NCBI GenBank assembly: GCA_937900255.1
Contig: CALCDZ010000003.1
Span: 63,149-127,148 of the forward strand
Origin: an uncultured bacterium
GTDB lineage: Bacteria; Patescibacteriota; Patescibacteriia; SG8-24; DYFX01
Direction of reading: 5' to 3'
DNA length: 64,000 nt
Both the position numbers and the translations under genes were made by a program. Every line of letters starts with the position of its first letter. Position 1 is the first letter of the stretch. The notes under the pieces are model-generated. The model made no database searches and had not been told where the DNA came from. It worked only from the letters and a program-made list of their open reading frames with translations. Positions 18,505 to 29,134 of this stretch are shown in pieces.

Positions 18505-19209
18505 ATGCTTGCCATCTATCAGGCCCTTCTCTACCAGCCGATCCTGAACCTGTCGGTCGGATTGTACGACGTGCTGTTCCATGACTTCGGCCTGGCGATC
18601 GTCGCCCTGGTCGTCCTCGTGCGCGGCGCGCTCTGGCCGCTCACGCACCGCAGCCTCCAGAACCAGAAGGCGATGATGGAACTCCAGCCGAAGATCAAGG
18701 CGACGCAGGAGAAGTTCAAGGACGACAAGGAAGCGCAGGCCAAGGCCATGATGGCGCTCTACTCCGAGAACAAGGTCAGCCCGTTCTCTTCCTGCCTGCC
18801 GCTCCTGATCCAGCTGCCGCTCTTCATCGCGCTCTACCGCGTGCTCTCGGCCGGCCTCAAGTCCGAGCACCTCAACCTGCTCTACGGCTTCGTGCCGAAC
18901 CCCGGCACCATCTCGACCATGGCGTTCGGTTTCCTCGACCTCTCCAAGGCGAGCATCGCGGTGGCCGTCCTGGCCGCCGGCGCCCAGTTCCTGCAGGCGC
19001 GCATGATGATGCGCAAGGAACCGGCCGTCCATGCCGAGGGCAGCAAGGACGAGGACACGATGGCGATGATGAACAAGCAGATGATGTACATGATGCCGGC
19101 CATGACGCTCTTCATCGGCTGGAAGCTCCCGGCGGGGCTCACCCTCTACTGGCTGCTCACCAACCTGGCGATGGTCGCCCAGCAGAAGATCGCGTTCAAG
19201 AAGAAATGA
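18505..19209 (+). CDS. yidC: membrane protein insertase YidC (short form)
   Basis: Conserved YidC/Oxa1 core: PILNLSV…GLAIVALVVLVRGALWPL, 5 TM, C-terminal KKK. Confidence 0.85.
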   Translation: MLAIYQALLYQPILNLSVGLYDVLFHDFGLAIVALVVLVRGALWPLTHRSLQNQKAMMELQPKIKATQEKFKDDKEAQAKAMMALYSENKVSPFSSCLPLLIQLPLFIALYRVLSAGLKSEHLNLLYGFVPNPGTISTMAFGFLDLSKASIAVAVLAAGAQFLQARMMMRKEPAVHAEGSKDEDTMAMMNKQMMYMMPAMTLFIGWKLPAGLTLYWLLTNLAMVAQQKIAFKKK

Positions 19210-19347
19210 ACGGAACAAGACGCCTCGCGATTGCGGGGTGTTTTCGTTCGTATGCCTCTGTTGATAAATTGCGTTGACCCCCCCCTGCAAAATATCCGTA
19301 TCCTAAAGGCGGCTCTTTGAACAAAGGACGAGCCAGAAAGGTACGAG

Positions 19348-20193
19348 ATGCGTTTCTTCATGGTACTGGCGATCGTGATTTGCAGCGGGGCGATGACGGC
19401 ATGCGGCACCGAGGACGAGACCGAGACGCCGACCGCGGCGTTAGTGTCTTCGGCCCTGGACACGGCGCACACGCGCGTGATCCAAGAGTGTTCGCAGGCG
19501 ATGTCCGGCAGCTGGTGGACGTACAACGAGACGAACTGGCCTGCGACGACCACGTACGGGACGTACGCCTACATCTCCAGCGACCTAGGTGCGTGGGGAA
19601 GGCTGCTTGATAGCACCTATGGTTGCACGACCAACACCAGCGGCAGTTGCATCACTCCCTGGACCAGGGGATGGTGGACATCCTGCCGATCGAACACCTC
19701 GGTCCAAAACTTCACGCCTTGTAGCGAAACATATGGTGATCTGGATGCCGCAAGTCAATTCGACTGCCAGGGCAGCTGTGCCAGCGGCATCAAGCATCGC
19801 GGCGGCCAATGCAAACCGTTCATGAACTTGGTGGCATACCGTTCCGGTCTGTACCAAAATTCCGGCAATGCATGGAAATCTTTCCCAAGCGATGCCGCAA
19901 TCGCAGGCAGTGATCCCAACGGCACGCTCATGCCCAAGGCGACATGGTCGAACATCGTCGAAGGCGACTATCTGCGGCGGCCGAAAACGGCAACCGTTTT
20001 GGATCCTCACGCAACGATTGTCGTCCGGAAGATCGACAGTGCACATGTCGTTGTCGTGGACTCCAATTGGGTCAATGGCGGCGATGGAAACGAAACCATC
20101 GGATCCCACGTAATGGGATTCACGGGAACCGGAGCTATCTCCGACCTCGGATCATATCGCGTCCTCAGGTGCGTCTATACTGGCGGTTGTTAG
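19348..20193 (+). CDS. Cys-rich secreted lipoprotein, hypothetical
   Basis: Lipobox AMTAC; 16 Cys; GC lower than flanking genes. Confidence 0.5.
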   Translation: MRFFMVLAIVICSGAMTACGTEDETETPTAALVSSALDTAHTRVIQECSQAMSGSWWTYNETNWPATTTYGTYAYISSDLGAWGRLLDSTYGCTTNTSGSCITPWTRGWWTSCRSNTSVQNFTPCSETYGDLDAASQFDCQGSCASGIKHRGGQCKPFMNLVAYRSGLYQNSGNAWKSFPSDAAIAGSDPNGTLMPKATWSNIVEGDYLRRPKTATVLDPHATIVVRKIDSAHVVVVDSNWVNGGDGNETIGSHVMGFTGTGAISDLGSYRVLRCVYTGGC

Positions 20194-20291
20194 ATCGTGC
20201 GTGCAATGGCGGGGAGGGCGCACCTCCCCGCCGCTATTTACTCTGATGATTTCACGAGTTAAACTCGCTCCAATCAATTCGCACACCATAT

Positions 20292-21011
20292 ATGAAGAAA
20301 AACATGAAAATCTGGGTTGTGGCAATCCCGATTGTCGTGGCCGCCGTGTTTGTATACGTCCTTGCTGTTGGACCAAGACATGCGCCACCTTCGCCTGTTG
20401 TCACTAAGGTTGGCCCGCTGCCTGCCGGATCATTGGTCGATTTGTCCAACATCATCTACGATGCCAAGACGACCGTTCCTGGCACGGAGGTGACTTTTTC
20501 CTATCCGAAGCAAGGGTATTACGGGAGAGGGGTGCAGTTGCTAAATAATCCTTGGACATCCGACTTGCCTGCTGGTAGCGCTTCGTTTCCGGAAATCGAA
20601 AGCCTGTATCTCACATCACTTCATGACGAGATTTATCATCCGCAACAAATCAGCATTCGAGTGTTCAGGCTCGACGCCGCGACGAGCATCGATCAAATTT
20701 TAAGCGCGTTGGGAATGCCCGGGCCGTATTACCCCGTCCCCGGACGTTTCGAGTCCATCAACGGCAAGCGCTATTACCTACAGCCGGGCAAGACGTCTGG
20801 TCTCAACCCATATACTATCTATGGATATGAGGCATACACGATCATGGGCGATCGGTTACTCGTCGTGAGCTTCAATGGAGGTTTTGACGGAAGCGACACC
20901 GCCAAGACCCCGGATCTCGTCGTCCAATTCCTTTCCCGCCTGGACTTCACCTGTAAGTCGGATTGCTCCAGCAATTCAGCCCCAATCGAAATGACAAAGA
21001 GTGAGCAGTAA
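20292..21011 (+). CDS. secreted/membrane-anchored hypothetical protein
   Basis: N-terminal signal-anchor MKKNMKIWVVAIPIVVAAVFVYVLA; about 50% GC versus about 66% flanking. Confidence 0.5.
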   Translation: MKKNMKIWVVAIPIVVAAVFVYVLAVGPRHAPPSPVVTKVGPLPAGSLVDLSNIIYDAKTTVPGTEVTFSYPKQGYYGRGVQLLNNPWTSDLPAGSASFPEIESLYLTSLHDEIYHPQQISIRVFRLDAATSIDQILSALGMPGPYYPVPGRFESINGKRYYLQPGKTSGLNPYTIYGYEAYTIMGDRLLVVSFNGGFDGSDTAKTPDLVVQFLSRLDFTCKSDCSSNSAPIEMTKSEQ

Positions 21012-21036
21012 TCCGAGGTAATATGCCCACCCATGA

Positions 21037-21062
21037 CCGCCCAGAAAAGGGCGGTTTCTTTT
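21037..21062 (+). terminator. intrinsic terminator (CCGCCC-agaaaa-GGGCGG + TTTCTTTT)
   Basis: Same GACCGCCCAG…GGGCGGTTT architecture as the terminator at 4361. Confidence 0.6.
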
Positions 21063-21103
21063 CCCCAAGCTTTTCCGCTGGGAGAGAGGTAGAATGCCAC
21101 CGT

Positions 21104-21397
21104 ATGGCCATCCTCGACTCCAAGACGCTGTTGAAACTTCCCGTCCATGCCAAGAGCGGTGCTCTCCTCGGCAAGGTGGCCGGTTTCGATTTCGATGTCG
21201 AGACGCACGGCATCCTCCGCTACCGCGTCCAGCCGAAGGGGCTGGCGTCCGGCATGCTCGCTTCGCCGCTCCTCGTGGCCCGCGAGCAAGTGCTCTCGAT
21301 CGATGCCGAGAAGATGGTCGTGGATGACGCCGTCGAGAAGGAGATGGAACTGGCCAAGGCCAAGGCGATCGGATTGATCAGCGAAGCCAGGGCATGA
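21104..21397 (+). CDS. PRC-barrel domain protein
   Basis: PRC-barrel-like pattern LLKLPVHAKSGALLGKVAGFDFDVETHGILRYRV…VLSIDAEKMVVDD; ATG 21104 downstream of GGAGAGAGG. Confidence 0.55.
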   Translation: MAILDSKTLLKLPVHAKSGALLGKVAGFDFDVETHGILRYRVQPKGLASGMLASPLLVAREQVLSIDAEKMVVDDAVEKEMELAKAKAIGLISEARA

Positions 21398-22377
21398 ATC
21401 GTCTCCAAGAGCGCGTCCTCGCCCCGCTCGCGTATTACGATGCCTTCGACGTCCCGTTGACGTCGCAGGAGGTCTTCTTGGCGCTGCCGTCCGCGGAGGG
21501 TCCGCGCCCTTCTTTCGAGGAGATCGAACGCGCCCTTTCCGATGCCGCGCGCGCCGGACGGATCGCGTCGTCCGACGGCTTCCATTTCCTGCCGGGGCGC
21601 GATTCCTTGGTGGCGATCCGCCGGGCTCGGTACGCGCTGGCCGAAGGCAAGTACGCGCGGGTGCGGCGCTTCCTCTCGATCGCCAGGCATGCGCCGTTCC
21701 TGCGTGCGGCTTTCGTCTGCAATACCTTGGCCCGTTCCTACGCCCGCCCCGAGAGCGACATCGACCTGTTCCTCGTGACCGCGCCGGGCCGCATCTGGCT
21801 CGCGCGACTGTTCGTGACCGGTCTCGCGGCCCTCCTCCGCGTCCGGCCGACGGAAGCCGTTTCGGCCGACCGCATCTGCCTGAGCTTCTTCGTCACGACC
21901 GAAGCGCTTGATTTGAAGCCGCTCGCCATCGAAGACGATGTCTATCTCGCGCACTGGGTGCAGGAGCTGTTTCCCGTCTATGACGAAGCGGGAATCGTGC
22001 GGCGCTCGTTCGTCGAGAACGGCTGGTTGCGAGGCGCCCTGCCCGAGACGCGCATGCAGCTTCCGCTGCCCCGCCGCTCGGTCCGTCCCGTCGTGCTGCC
22101 GATGAAGCGCGGGCTGGAGCGCCTGCTTGATGCCGTCTTCGGCGACCGTCTCGAACGCTGGTCCGAGCGGCGGCAGCTCGCCTGGATGCCGGCAGGACTC
22201 AAGGCCGCTGCGGCGACGCCTGCTCCCGACGTCGTGCTGAACGACCGCGTCCTCAAGTTCCACGACCATGACCGCCGCGCGGAGATCCGCGACGCATACC
22301 GTGAAAAGCTGCGGAGCCTCGTTTCCTCCCCGACTCATGAACCCGATCTCGAACATGCGCTTCGCGCTTTGGCGTGA
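21394..22377 (+). CDS. nucleotidyltransferase-fold hypothetical protein
   Basis: Pol-beta-like NTase signature …ARSYARPESDIDLFLVT…; start overlaps upstream stop (ATGA). Confidence 0.45.
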   Translation: MNRLQERVLAPLAYYDAFDVPLTSQEVFLALPSAEGPRPSFEEIERALSDAARAGRIASSDGFHFLPGRDSLVAIRRARYALAEGKYARVRRFLSIARHAPFLRAAFVCNTLARSYARPESDIDLFLVTAPGRIWLARLFVTGLAALLRVRPTEAVSADRICLSFFVTTEALDLKPLAIEDDVYLAHWVQELFPVYDEAGIVRRSFVENGWLRGALPETRMQLPLPRRSVRPVVLPMKRGLERLLDAVFGDRLERWSERRQLAWMPAGLKAAAATPAPDVVLNDRVLKFHDHDRRAEIRDAYREKLRSLVSSPTHEPDLEHALRALA

Positions 22378-23659
22378 CCGGCTCGCGCTCCTCATCCTTG
22401 CGCTCCTGCCTTGGCAGGCGCGCTACATTCGCCAGACCGCCGCGCTCTACGGCGCGCCGTGGGAGCAGGGGACGGCTTCGGTCTTCGCGCTGGAGGTGCT
22501 CCTGCTGCTCGCGCTCGGCTGCCATTTCCTGGCGGCCGTTTCGCGCCGTGAACCGAAGAAGGCCGGCGCGCCGCTCTGGCTGCAGGTCTCGGCGCTCCTG
22601 CCGATCTACGCCTTCGTGTCCGTCGCCTGGGCATACGACACGATCGGCGCACTCTACGGCGCCATCCATCTCTTTGAAGGCTATGCGCTCGCCTACCTGT
22701 TGTGGGTCTCCGGCGTCAGCCTAGCGTCGGCGCTCGCTGCCTTGATCGCCGGGGCGGCGGCCTCCTGTGCGCTCGGTCTCTGGCAATTCTTCACGCAATC
22801 GTCATTCGCTTCGACGCTCCTCGGTATCGCGTCGCATCCTGCCGCCGAAGCGGGAACATCCGTGGTCGAGACGGGCGCGGGGCGCTTCCTGCGGGCCTAC
22901 GGCAGCCTTCCGCACCCGAACATCCTGGGCGGGTACGTCGCCGCCGGACTGCTGGCGGCCTTGGCCCTGGCGTCCGAAGCGCGGCGTTTCCGGAAAGCGC
23001 TGCTTGCCGCCGCCGTCGTCCTTGGCGCCGGACTGGCCGCTTCCTTTTCTCGCTCGGCATGGCTGGCTTTCGCGACGGCGATCGCTGCCGCCGCGGCCTT
23101 CCCGCGGGTGACCTCGAACCGGAGCGCCTGGTTCCGTCTCCTGCCCGTCCTCGCCGCCGTCGCATCCGGCATCCTGCTCGTCGCTTTTTCCGCTACGCCG
23201 ATCTTCGCCACGCGGCTCTCCGCGCACGGACGGCTCGAAACGAAGTCCATCGATGAGCGTTCGACGAGCGTCCGCCAAGGCTTCGGGATGCTTGAGCGCC
23301 ACTTCGAGATCGGCACGGGCATCGGCAATTACCTCCCGACCTTCTTCCTCACGGCCGACCGTTCGTTGGATCCCTTCCGCGTCCAGCCCCCACATTTCGT
23401 CCCGTTCCTTGTCGGCGCCGAACTCGGGTTCTTCGGCCTGGCCGTCCTCCTCGGTTTCGTCGCATCGTGGTGGGTGGGAACCCTCTGGATCATGCGGCGG
23501 ACGTCCTCGCCGATGTCGGCCTGGACGGCGGTACTCCCGGTCGTCGTCATCGTCGCTTCGTGTTTCGATCACTATCCGTTCGACCTTTTCGCCGGCACGA
23601 TGCTGACCGGCGCGCTGTTCGGGCTTTCCCTGAAGGCGGGGGAGCGGTCGGAGGCTTGA
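22337..23659 (+). CDS. O-antigen ligase/Wzy_C-domain polytopic membrane protein (possible O-oligosaccharyltransferase)
   Basis: About 11 TM; Wzy_C hallmark SFSRSAWLAFATAIAAAAAF; alternative start ATG 22355. Confidence 0.6.
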   Translation: MNPISNMRFALWRDRLALLILALLPWQARYIRQTAALYGAPWEQGTASVFALEVLLLLALGCHFLAAVSRREPKKAGAPLWLQVSALLPIYAFVSVAWAYDTIGALYGAIHLFEGYALAYLLWVSGVSLASALAALIAGAAASCALGLWQFFTQSSFASTLLGIASHPAAEAGTSVVETGAGRFLRAYGSLPHPNILGGYVAAGLLAALALASEARRFRKALLAAAVVLGAGLAASFSRSAWLAFATAIAAAAAFPRVTSNRSAWFRLLPVLAAVASGILLVAFSATPIFATRLSAHGRLETKSIDERSTSVRQGFGMLERHFEIGTGIGNYLPTFFLTADRSLDPFRVQPPHFVPFLVGAELGFFGLAVLLGFVASWWVGTLWIMRRTSSPMSAWTAVLPVVVIVASCFDHYPFDLFAGTMLTGALFGLSLKAGERSEA

Positions 23660-23721
23660 CATTCCGGCTTTTTCGGTCCATGCTGCAGTCGCGCCGGTAT
23701 CCTTCCGGCCAGGAGGTACGC

Positions 23722-24336
23722 ATGTCCCTGAGCGTCCGTCTTCTCAACGCAGTTTGCGCCACCGCGCTCGTCATCTTCATCGGCTGCGGCGTCTGTCTCT
23801 CGTACGTCGCGCCGAACGAAAGCGTCGTCCGCGATTGCGACGGCGACCTGTCCGTCTGGCGCGCGCCGGAGGATGGCGGCTTCAAGTGGGATGGCCTATG
23901 CCGTACCGCGACCTATGAGGATGATGACTACGTCGGCTTCCGGGAGGAGGTCTCGGTCGAGGGGCAAGTCGTGACCCTCCGCGGGCACTACGTCGTCCAT
24001 TTCCCGCAGGACGCCGACGACATCGCTTCCATCCACCGCATCTATCATGGAGACAGCCGCGCCGCGCTCCGGGAGATCGGATCCGATGTCATGACGGAAA
24101 TCTTGGCGGTCGCCCAGGACCCGTCCTGGCGGCATCTGAGCGGCGGCGTCATCCGCCGGAGCGCCAAGGAGGCCTTGGAATACGGCGTACACCGCCTTTC
24201 GCCCACAGGCGACATCTGGTTGTCGCCGGAGAGCAAGCGCGCGCTGGGAGCCGCGATCCAGGGCCGCCTCGACGGCCATTTGTGGCCGCCTGGCGTCTCG
24301 GTTACCGTCCGACTCGGTTTCGTCACGGAGCGCTGA
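23722..24336 (+). CDS. hypothetical lipoprotein
   Basis: GGAGG RBS 6 nt upstream; lipobox IFIGCG; ORF track 23467 start lies inside the upstream gene. Confidence 0.5.
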   Translation: MSLSVRLLNAVCATALVIFIGCGVCLSYVAPNESVVRDCDGDLSVWRAPEDGGFKWDGLCRTATYEDDDYVGFREEVSVEGQVVTLRGHYVVHFPQDADDIASIHRIYHGDSRAALREIGSDVMTEILAVAQDPSWRHLSGGVIRRSAKEALEYGVHRLSPTGDIWLSPESKRALGAAIQGRLDGHLWPPGVSVTVRLGFVTER

Positions 24337-24349
24337 AGCGCTCTTTTTT
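24328..24349 (+). terminator. intrinsic terminator (GAGCGC-tgaa-GCGCTC + T6) overlapping stop codon
   Basis: Palindrome plus TTTTTT at the 24334-36 stop. Confidence 0.6.
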
Positions 24350-24374
24350 GTCGATAAGAAAAACGCCGCCTTGT

Positions 24375-24719
24375 TCAGACGACGAAGACGAACTGCAGGA
24401 CTGAGAAAGTGATCGTCCAGAGCATCATGAGGAACGCGACGAACGCGCGGAACAGGGCGGACTTCTTTTCGACCGCATCTTCCATCATGATGAAGAACAC
24501 GATGATGTTCCCCACCCCATAGATGCACAGCAGGCCGCCGATGACGACATGGATCTCGCGTGCCGGGGTGCCCGCCACGTTCAGGGCGCCCATGCAGACG
24601 TTGAACGCGCTGAAGATCAGGAGTACTGCCTTTTTCAGCGATGACTTGTTGCCCGTCAGCGCCTCGATCAGGGCCATGGATGCGATCACGAAGAACAGGA
24701 CGGAGACGGCGACGGTCAT
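24375..24719 (-). CDS. small hypothetical membrane protein (4 TM)
   Basis: Hydrophobic ORF divergent from groES; ATG 24719. Confidence 0.45.
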   Translation of the reverse strand: MTVAVSVLFFVIASMALIEALTGNKSSLKKAVLLIFSAFNVCMGALNVAGTPAREIHVVIGGLLCIYGVGNIIVFFIMMEDAVEKKSALFRAFVAFLMMLWTITFSVLQFVFVV

Positions 24720-24797
24720 GAGGAGCTCCTTTGGACGTTGAAGAACTGACGTGACGATAGGGGAATATGCCCGAATCGTCAAGTCCACAGAGGATAT

Positions 24798-24826
24798 TTG
24801 ACAGGAAAAACAGGCCCTCCTACAAT
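24798..24826 (+). promoter_or_regulatory. groESL promoter, perfect TTGACA-17-TACAAT
   Basis: Consensus sigma70 hexamers with 17-nt spacer. Confidence 0.8.
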
Positions 24827-24830
24827 GCGG

Positions 24831-24857
24831 CTGGCACTCGTTGATTTAGAGTGCTAG
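24831..24857 (+). promoter_or_regulatory. CIRCE operator (HrcA-binding inverted repeat) CTGGCACTC-N9-GAGTGCTAG
   Basis: Matches the CIRCE consensus TTAGCACTC-N9-GAGTGCTAA at 14/18 positions; sits between promoter and groES. Confidence 0.8.
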
Positions 24858-24893
24858 GATAGTTCCGCGCCTACTCTTAATGCATCACACGGT

Positions 24894-26865
<1,972 letters not shown>

Positions 26866-26878
26866 TGAGAGCAGCGAA

Positions 26879-26899
26879 ACCGGCCGCAAGGCCGGTTTT
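26879..26899 (+). terminator. intrinsic terminator (ACCGGCC-gcaa-GGCCGGT + T4)
   Basis: Hairpin plus T-tract 14 nt after groEL stop. Confidence 0.65.
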
Positions 26900-26922
26900 G
26901 GTATCCCGCGTGAGCTGAAGCA

Positions 26923-26931
26923 TGCTATGCT
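26923..26931 (+). promoter_or_regulatory. TG-extended -10 element TGcTATGCT, 9 nt upstream of ATG 26941 (leaderless)
   Basis: Same architecture as the other extended -10 promoters in the window. Confidence 0.4.
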
Positions 26932-26940
26932 GAGGATGCT

Positions 26941-27615
26941 ATGCGCTTCACCAAACCTTTCCTTCTCTCCGGCCTGCTCGCCGCCGCCATCATCGGCGGT
27001 CTCGTGCTGTACGGGATGAACCGTCGCCTGCCCGTTCCTCCGCCACCGGTACCGAATGAGCCTGTGCCGGAGGCGGTCGAGCATCCGCCGAAGACGTATA
27101 TGAACACGTCGATCGGCTTCACGGTCGAGTATCCGGTCGTCCTGGTCCCCACCGAAGACCGTCAGCAGATGGCGGCGTCCGGATATCTGCCCGTCTGCGA
27201 CCCCGAAACGGCCGTCGTCTGCTTCCCATATGCCAAGAGCCTGTTTCCTGGCACGGACTTCGAGGGTGCGGCTTTCTCGGTCCATGCGTTGCCGAAACTC
27301 AAGACTGCGGCGAAGTGCGATATCGTCGGCAACGGGGAACGGGCGGACGGGTCGGTCGTCATGGGAGGGCTGACATACAAGAAATTCGCCTTCGGCGATG
27401 CCGCCATGGGGCATCGGCTGTCAGGCGAGAATTATCGGCTGTTCCGCAAAGGCGCCTGCATCCAGCTCACGACGGCGATCTTCACGAGCGCCTTCGAGAA
27501 CTATCCCTCCGGCACGCTGGAACGTTTCAAGGATACCGACCGCCGGGCCATCCAGGACATCCTGGACGGGATGCTCGGGAGCTTCCGTTTCACGGAAGAC
27601 GCCGCCCTGCGCTGA
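26941..27615 (+). CDS. secreted hypothetical protein (Pro-rich linker after signal anchor)
   Basis: MRFTKPFLLSGLLAAAIIGGLVLYG signal anchor, PVPPPPVPNEPVPE linker. Confidence 0.5.
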   Translation: MRFTKPFLLSGLLAAAIIGGLVLYGMNRRLPVPPPPVPNEPVPEAVEHPPKTYMNTSIGFTVEYPVVLVPTEDRQQMAASGYLPVCDPETAVVCFPYAKSLFPGTDFEGAAFSVHALPKLKTAAKCDIVGNGERADGSVVMGGLTYKKFAFGDAAMGHRLSGENYRLFRKGACIQLTTAIFTSAFENYPSGTLERFKDTDRRAIQDILDGMLGSFRFTEDAALR

Positions 27616-27640
27616 ACCCACTTGAAAAAAGTCTCCGAAA

Positions 27641-27973
27641 ATGGTAGACTTTTTTCATATGGAACAAGAGACCAAGCCTGAAGGCGGGAACGAGGACTAC
27701 CGCGTGACGGCCGCGTTGGCCTACGTCCTCCTGCTGTTCTTCATCCCCATGGCAAAGAAGGACAGCCCGTTCTGCCAGTTCCACGCCAAGCAGGGCATCG
27801 TGCTGTTCGTGGTCTGGATCGTCGTCTCGCTCCTGGCCTGGATCCCGATCATCGGCTGGGCCGCCTGGCTCTCGATGCTGATCCTGAACGTCATGGTCAT
27901 CGTGAAGACCCTGAACGGCGAGATGTGGGAGATCCCGTATATGGGGAAGTACGCGAAGCAGATCAAGCTTTAA
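27641..27973 (+). CDS. small membrane protein, DUF4870-like
   Basis: Pattern ALAYVLLLFFIPMAKKDSPFCQFHAKQGIVLFVVW typical of the DUF4870 family (SPF…FHANQ motif); alternative start 27659. Confidence 0.5.
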   Translation: MVDFFHMEQETKPEGGNEDYRVTAALAYVLLLFFIPMAKKDSPFCQFHAKQGIVLFVVWIVVSLLAWIPIIGWAAWLSMLILNVMVIVKTLNGEMWEIPYMGKYAKQIKL

Positions 27974-27990
27974 GCCGATCACGACATCGT

Positions 27991-29134
27991 ATGAAGGATA
28001 TTCTTGAACGGGTTGAAACCCTCCGCGCGAAGATCGCTTCGACGCGGAGGTTGCTTTGACGACGCCGCCACCCGCGAGGAACTGAAGAAGTACGAGGAGC
28101 AGATGCATGATCCGGGCTTCTGGAACGCTCCGGACCGCGCCCGCGTGATCGCCCAGAAGGTCGACGAGATCCGCGGGGAACTGGAGACGTGGGACGTCTT
28201 GGAGAAGGGCGTCGCCGACCTCAAGGAACTCGCAGCGGGGCTGAAGCCGGAAGAAGAAGCCGAGTTCCGCCCGGAAATCGAGCAGCAGATGGCCGATCTC
28301 GAGAAGAAGTTCTCCGAGGTCGAGTTCCTGGTGCTGTTTTCCGGACGTTACGACGGCAACAACGCCATCGTCACCTTCCATGCCGGGTCCGGCGGCACCG
28401 AAGCGCAGGATTGGGCCGAGATGCTGTTCCGCATGGTCGTCCGCTTCTGCGAGAAGAAGGGCTGGAAGGTGCGGATGCTGAGCGAAAGCAAGGGGCAGGA
28501 AGCCGGCCTCAAGAGCGCCACGGTCGAAATCACCGGCCGCCATGCCTACGGCTATCTCAGGAGCGAGAACGGCGTGCATCGCCTGGTGCGGATCTCGCCT
28601 TTCGACGCCGCCAAGGCGCGGCACACGTCCTTCGCCATGATCGAGGTCATGCCCGACATCGGCGACGCGGAAGACATCAAGATCGAGCAGAAGGATCTGC
28701 GCATCGACACGTTCCTCTCCGGCGGCCACGGCGGCCAGGGCGTGCAGACGACCTACTCTGCCGTCCGCATCGTGCACATCCCGACCGGCATCATGACGAC
28801 CTGCCAGAACGAGCGCAGCCAGCAGCAGAACCGCGAGACCGCCATGAAGATGCTCAAGTCGAAGCTTGCGGCCATCGAGGAGGAGAAGCATCAGAAGGAA
28901 TTGCAGGGCATCCGGGGCGAATATCACAGCGCCGAGTGGGGCAACCAGATCCGCTCCTACGTCCTCCAGCCGTACCGCATGGTCAAGGATCACCGCACCA
29001 AATTCCGTACGGGCGACACCGAGGCGGTGCTCGGCGGCGCCATCGACGAGTTCATCGAAGCGTATCTCAAGTGGTCGAAAGATCCGACCGCGTATCTCGC
29101 CTCCCATGCCCAAGAAGATGAAGACGAAGAATAA
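27991..29134 (+). CDS. prfB: peptide chain release factor 2 with programmed +1 ribosomal frameshift at 28054-28060
   Basis: Frame 0 reads MKDILERVETLRAKIASTRRLL-TGA. The CTT TGA C site is preceded by SD-like GGAGG. The +1 frame continues DDAATREELKKYEEQ… into the SPF and GGQ motifs. The ORF-track start at 28004 lies within the pre-shift frame region. Confidence 0.9.

Noticed and set aside
28004-28057. ORF-track N-terminus of RF2 (MNGLKPSARRSLRRGGC…, TTG start)
   Set aside because: This stretch is the +1 frame read before the frameshift site. The real N-terminus is the frame-0 peptide starting at ATG 27991 (MKDILERVETLRAKIASTRRLL).
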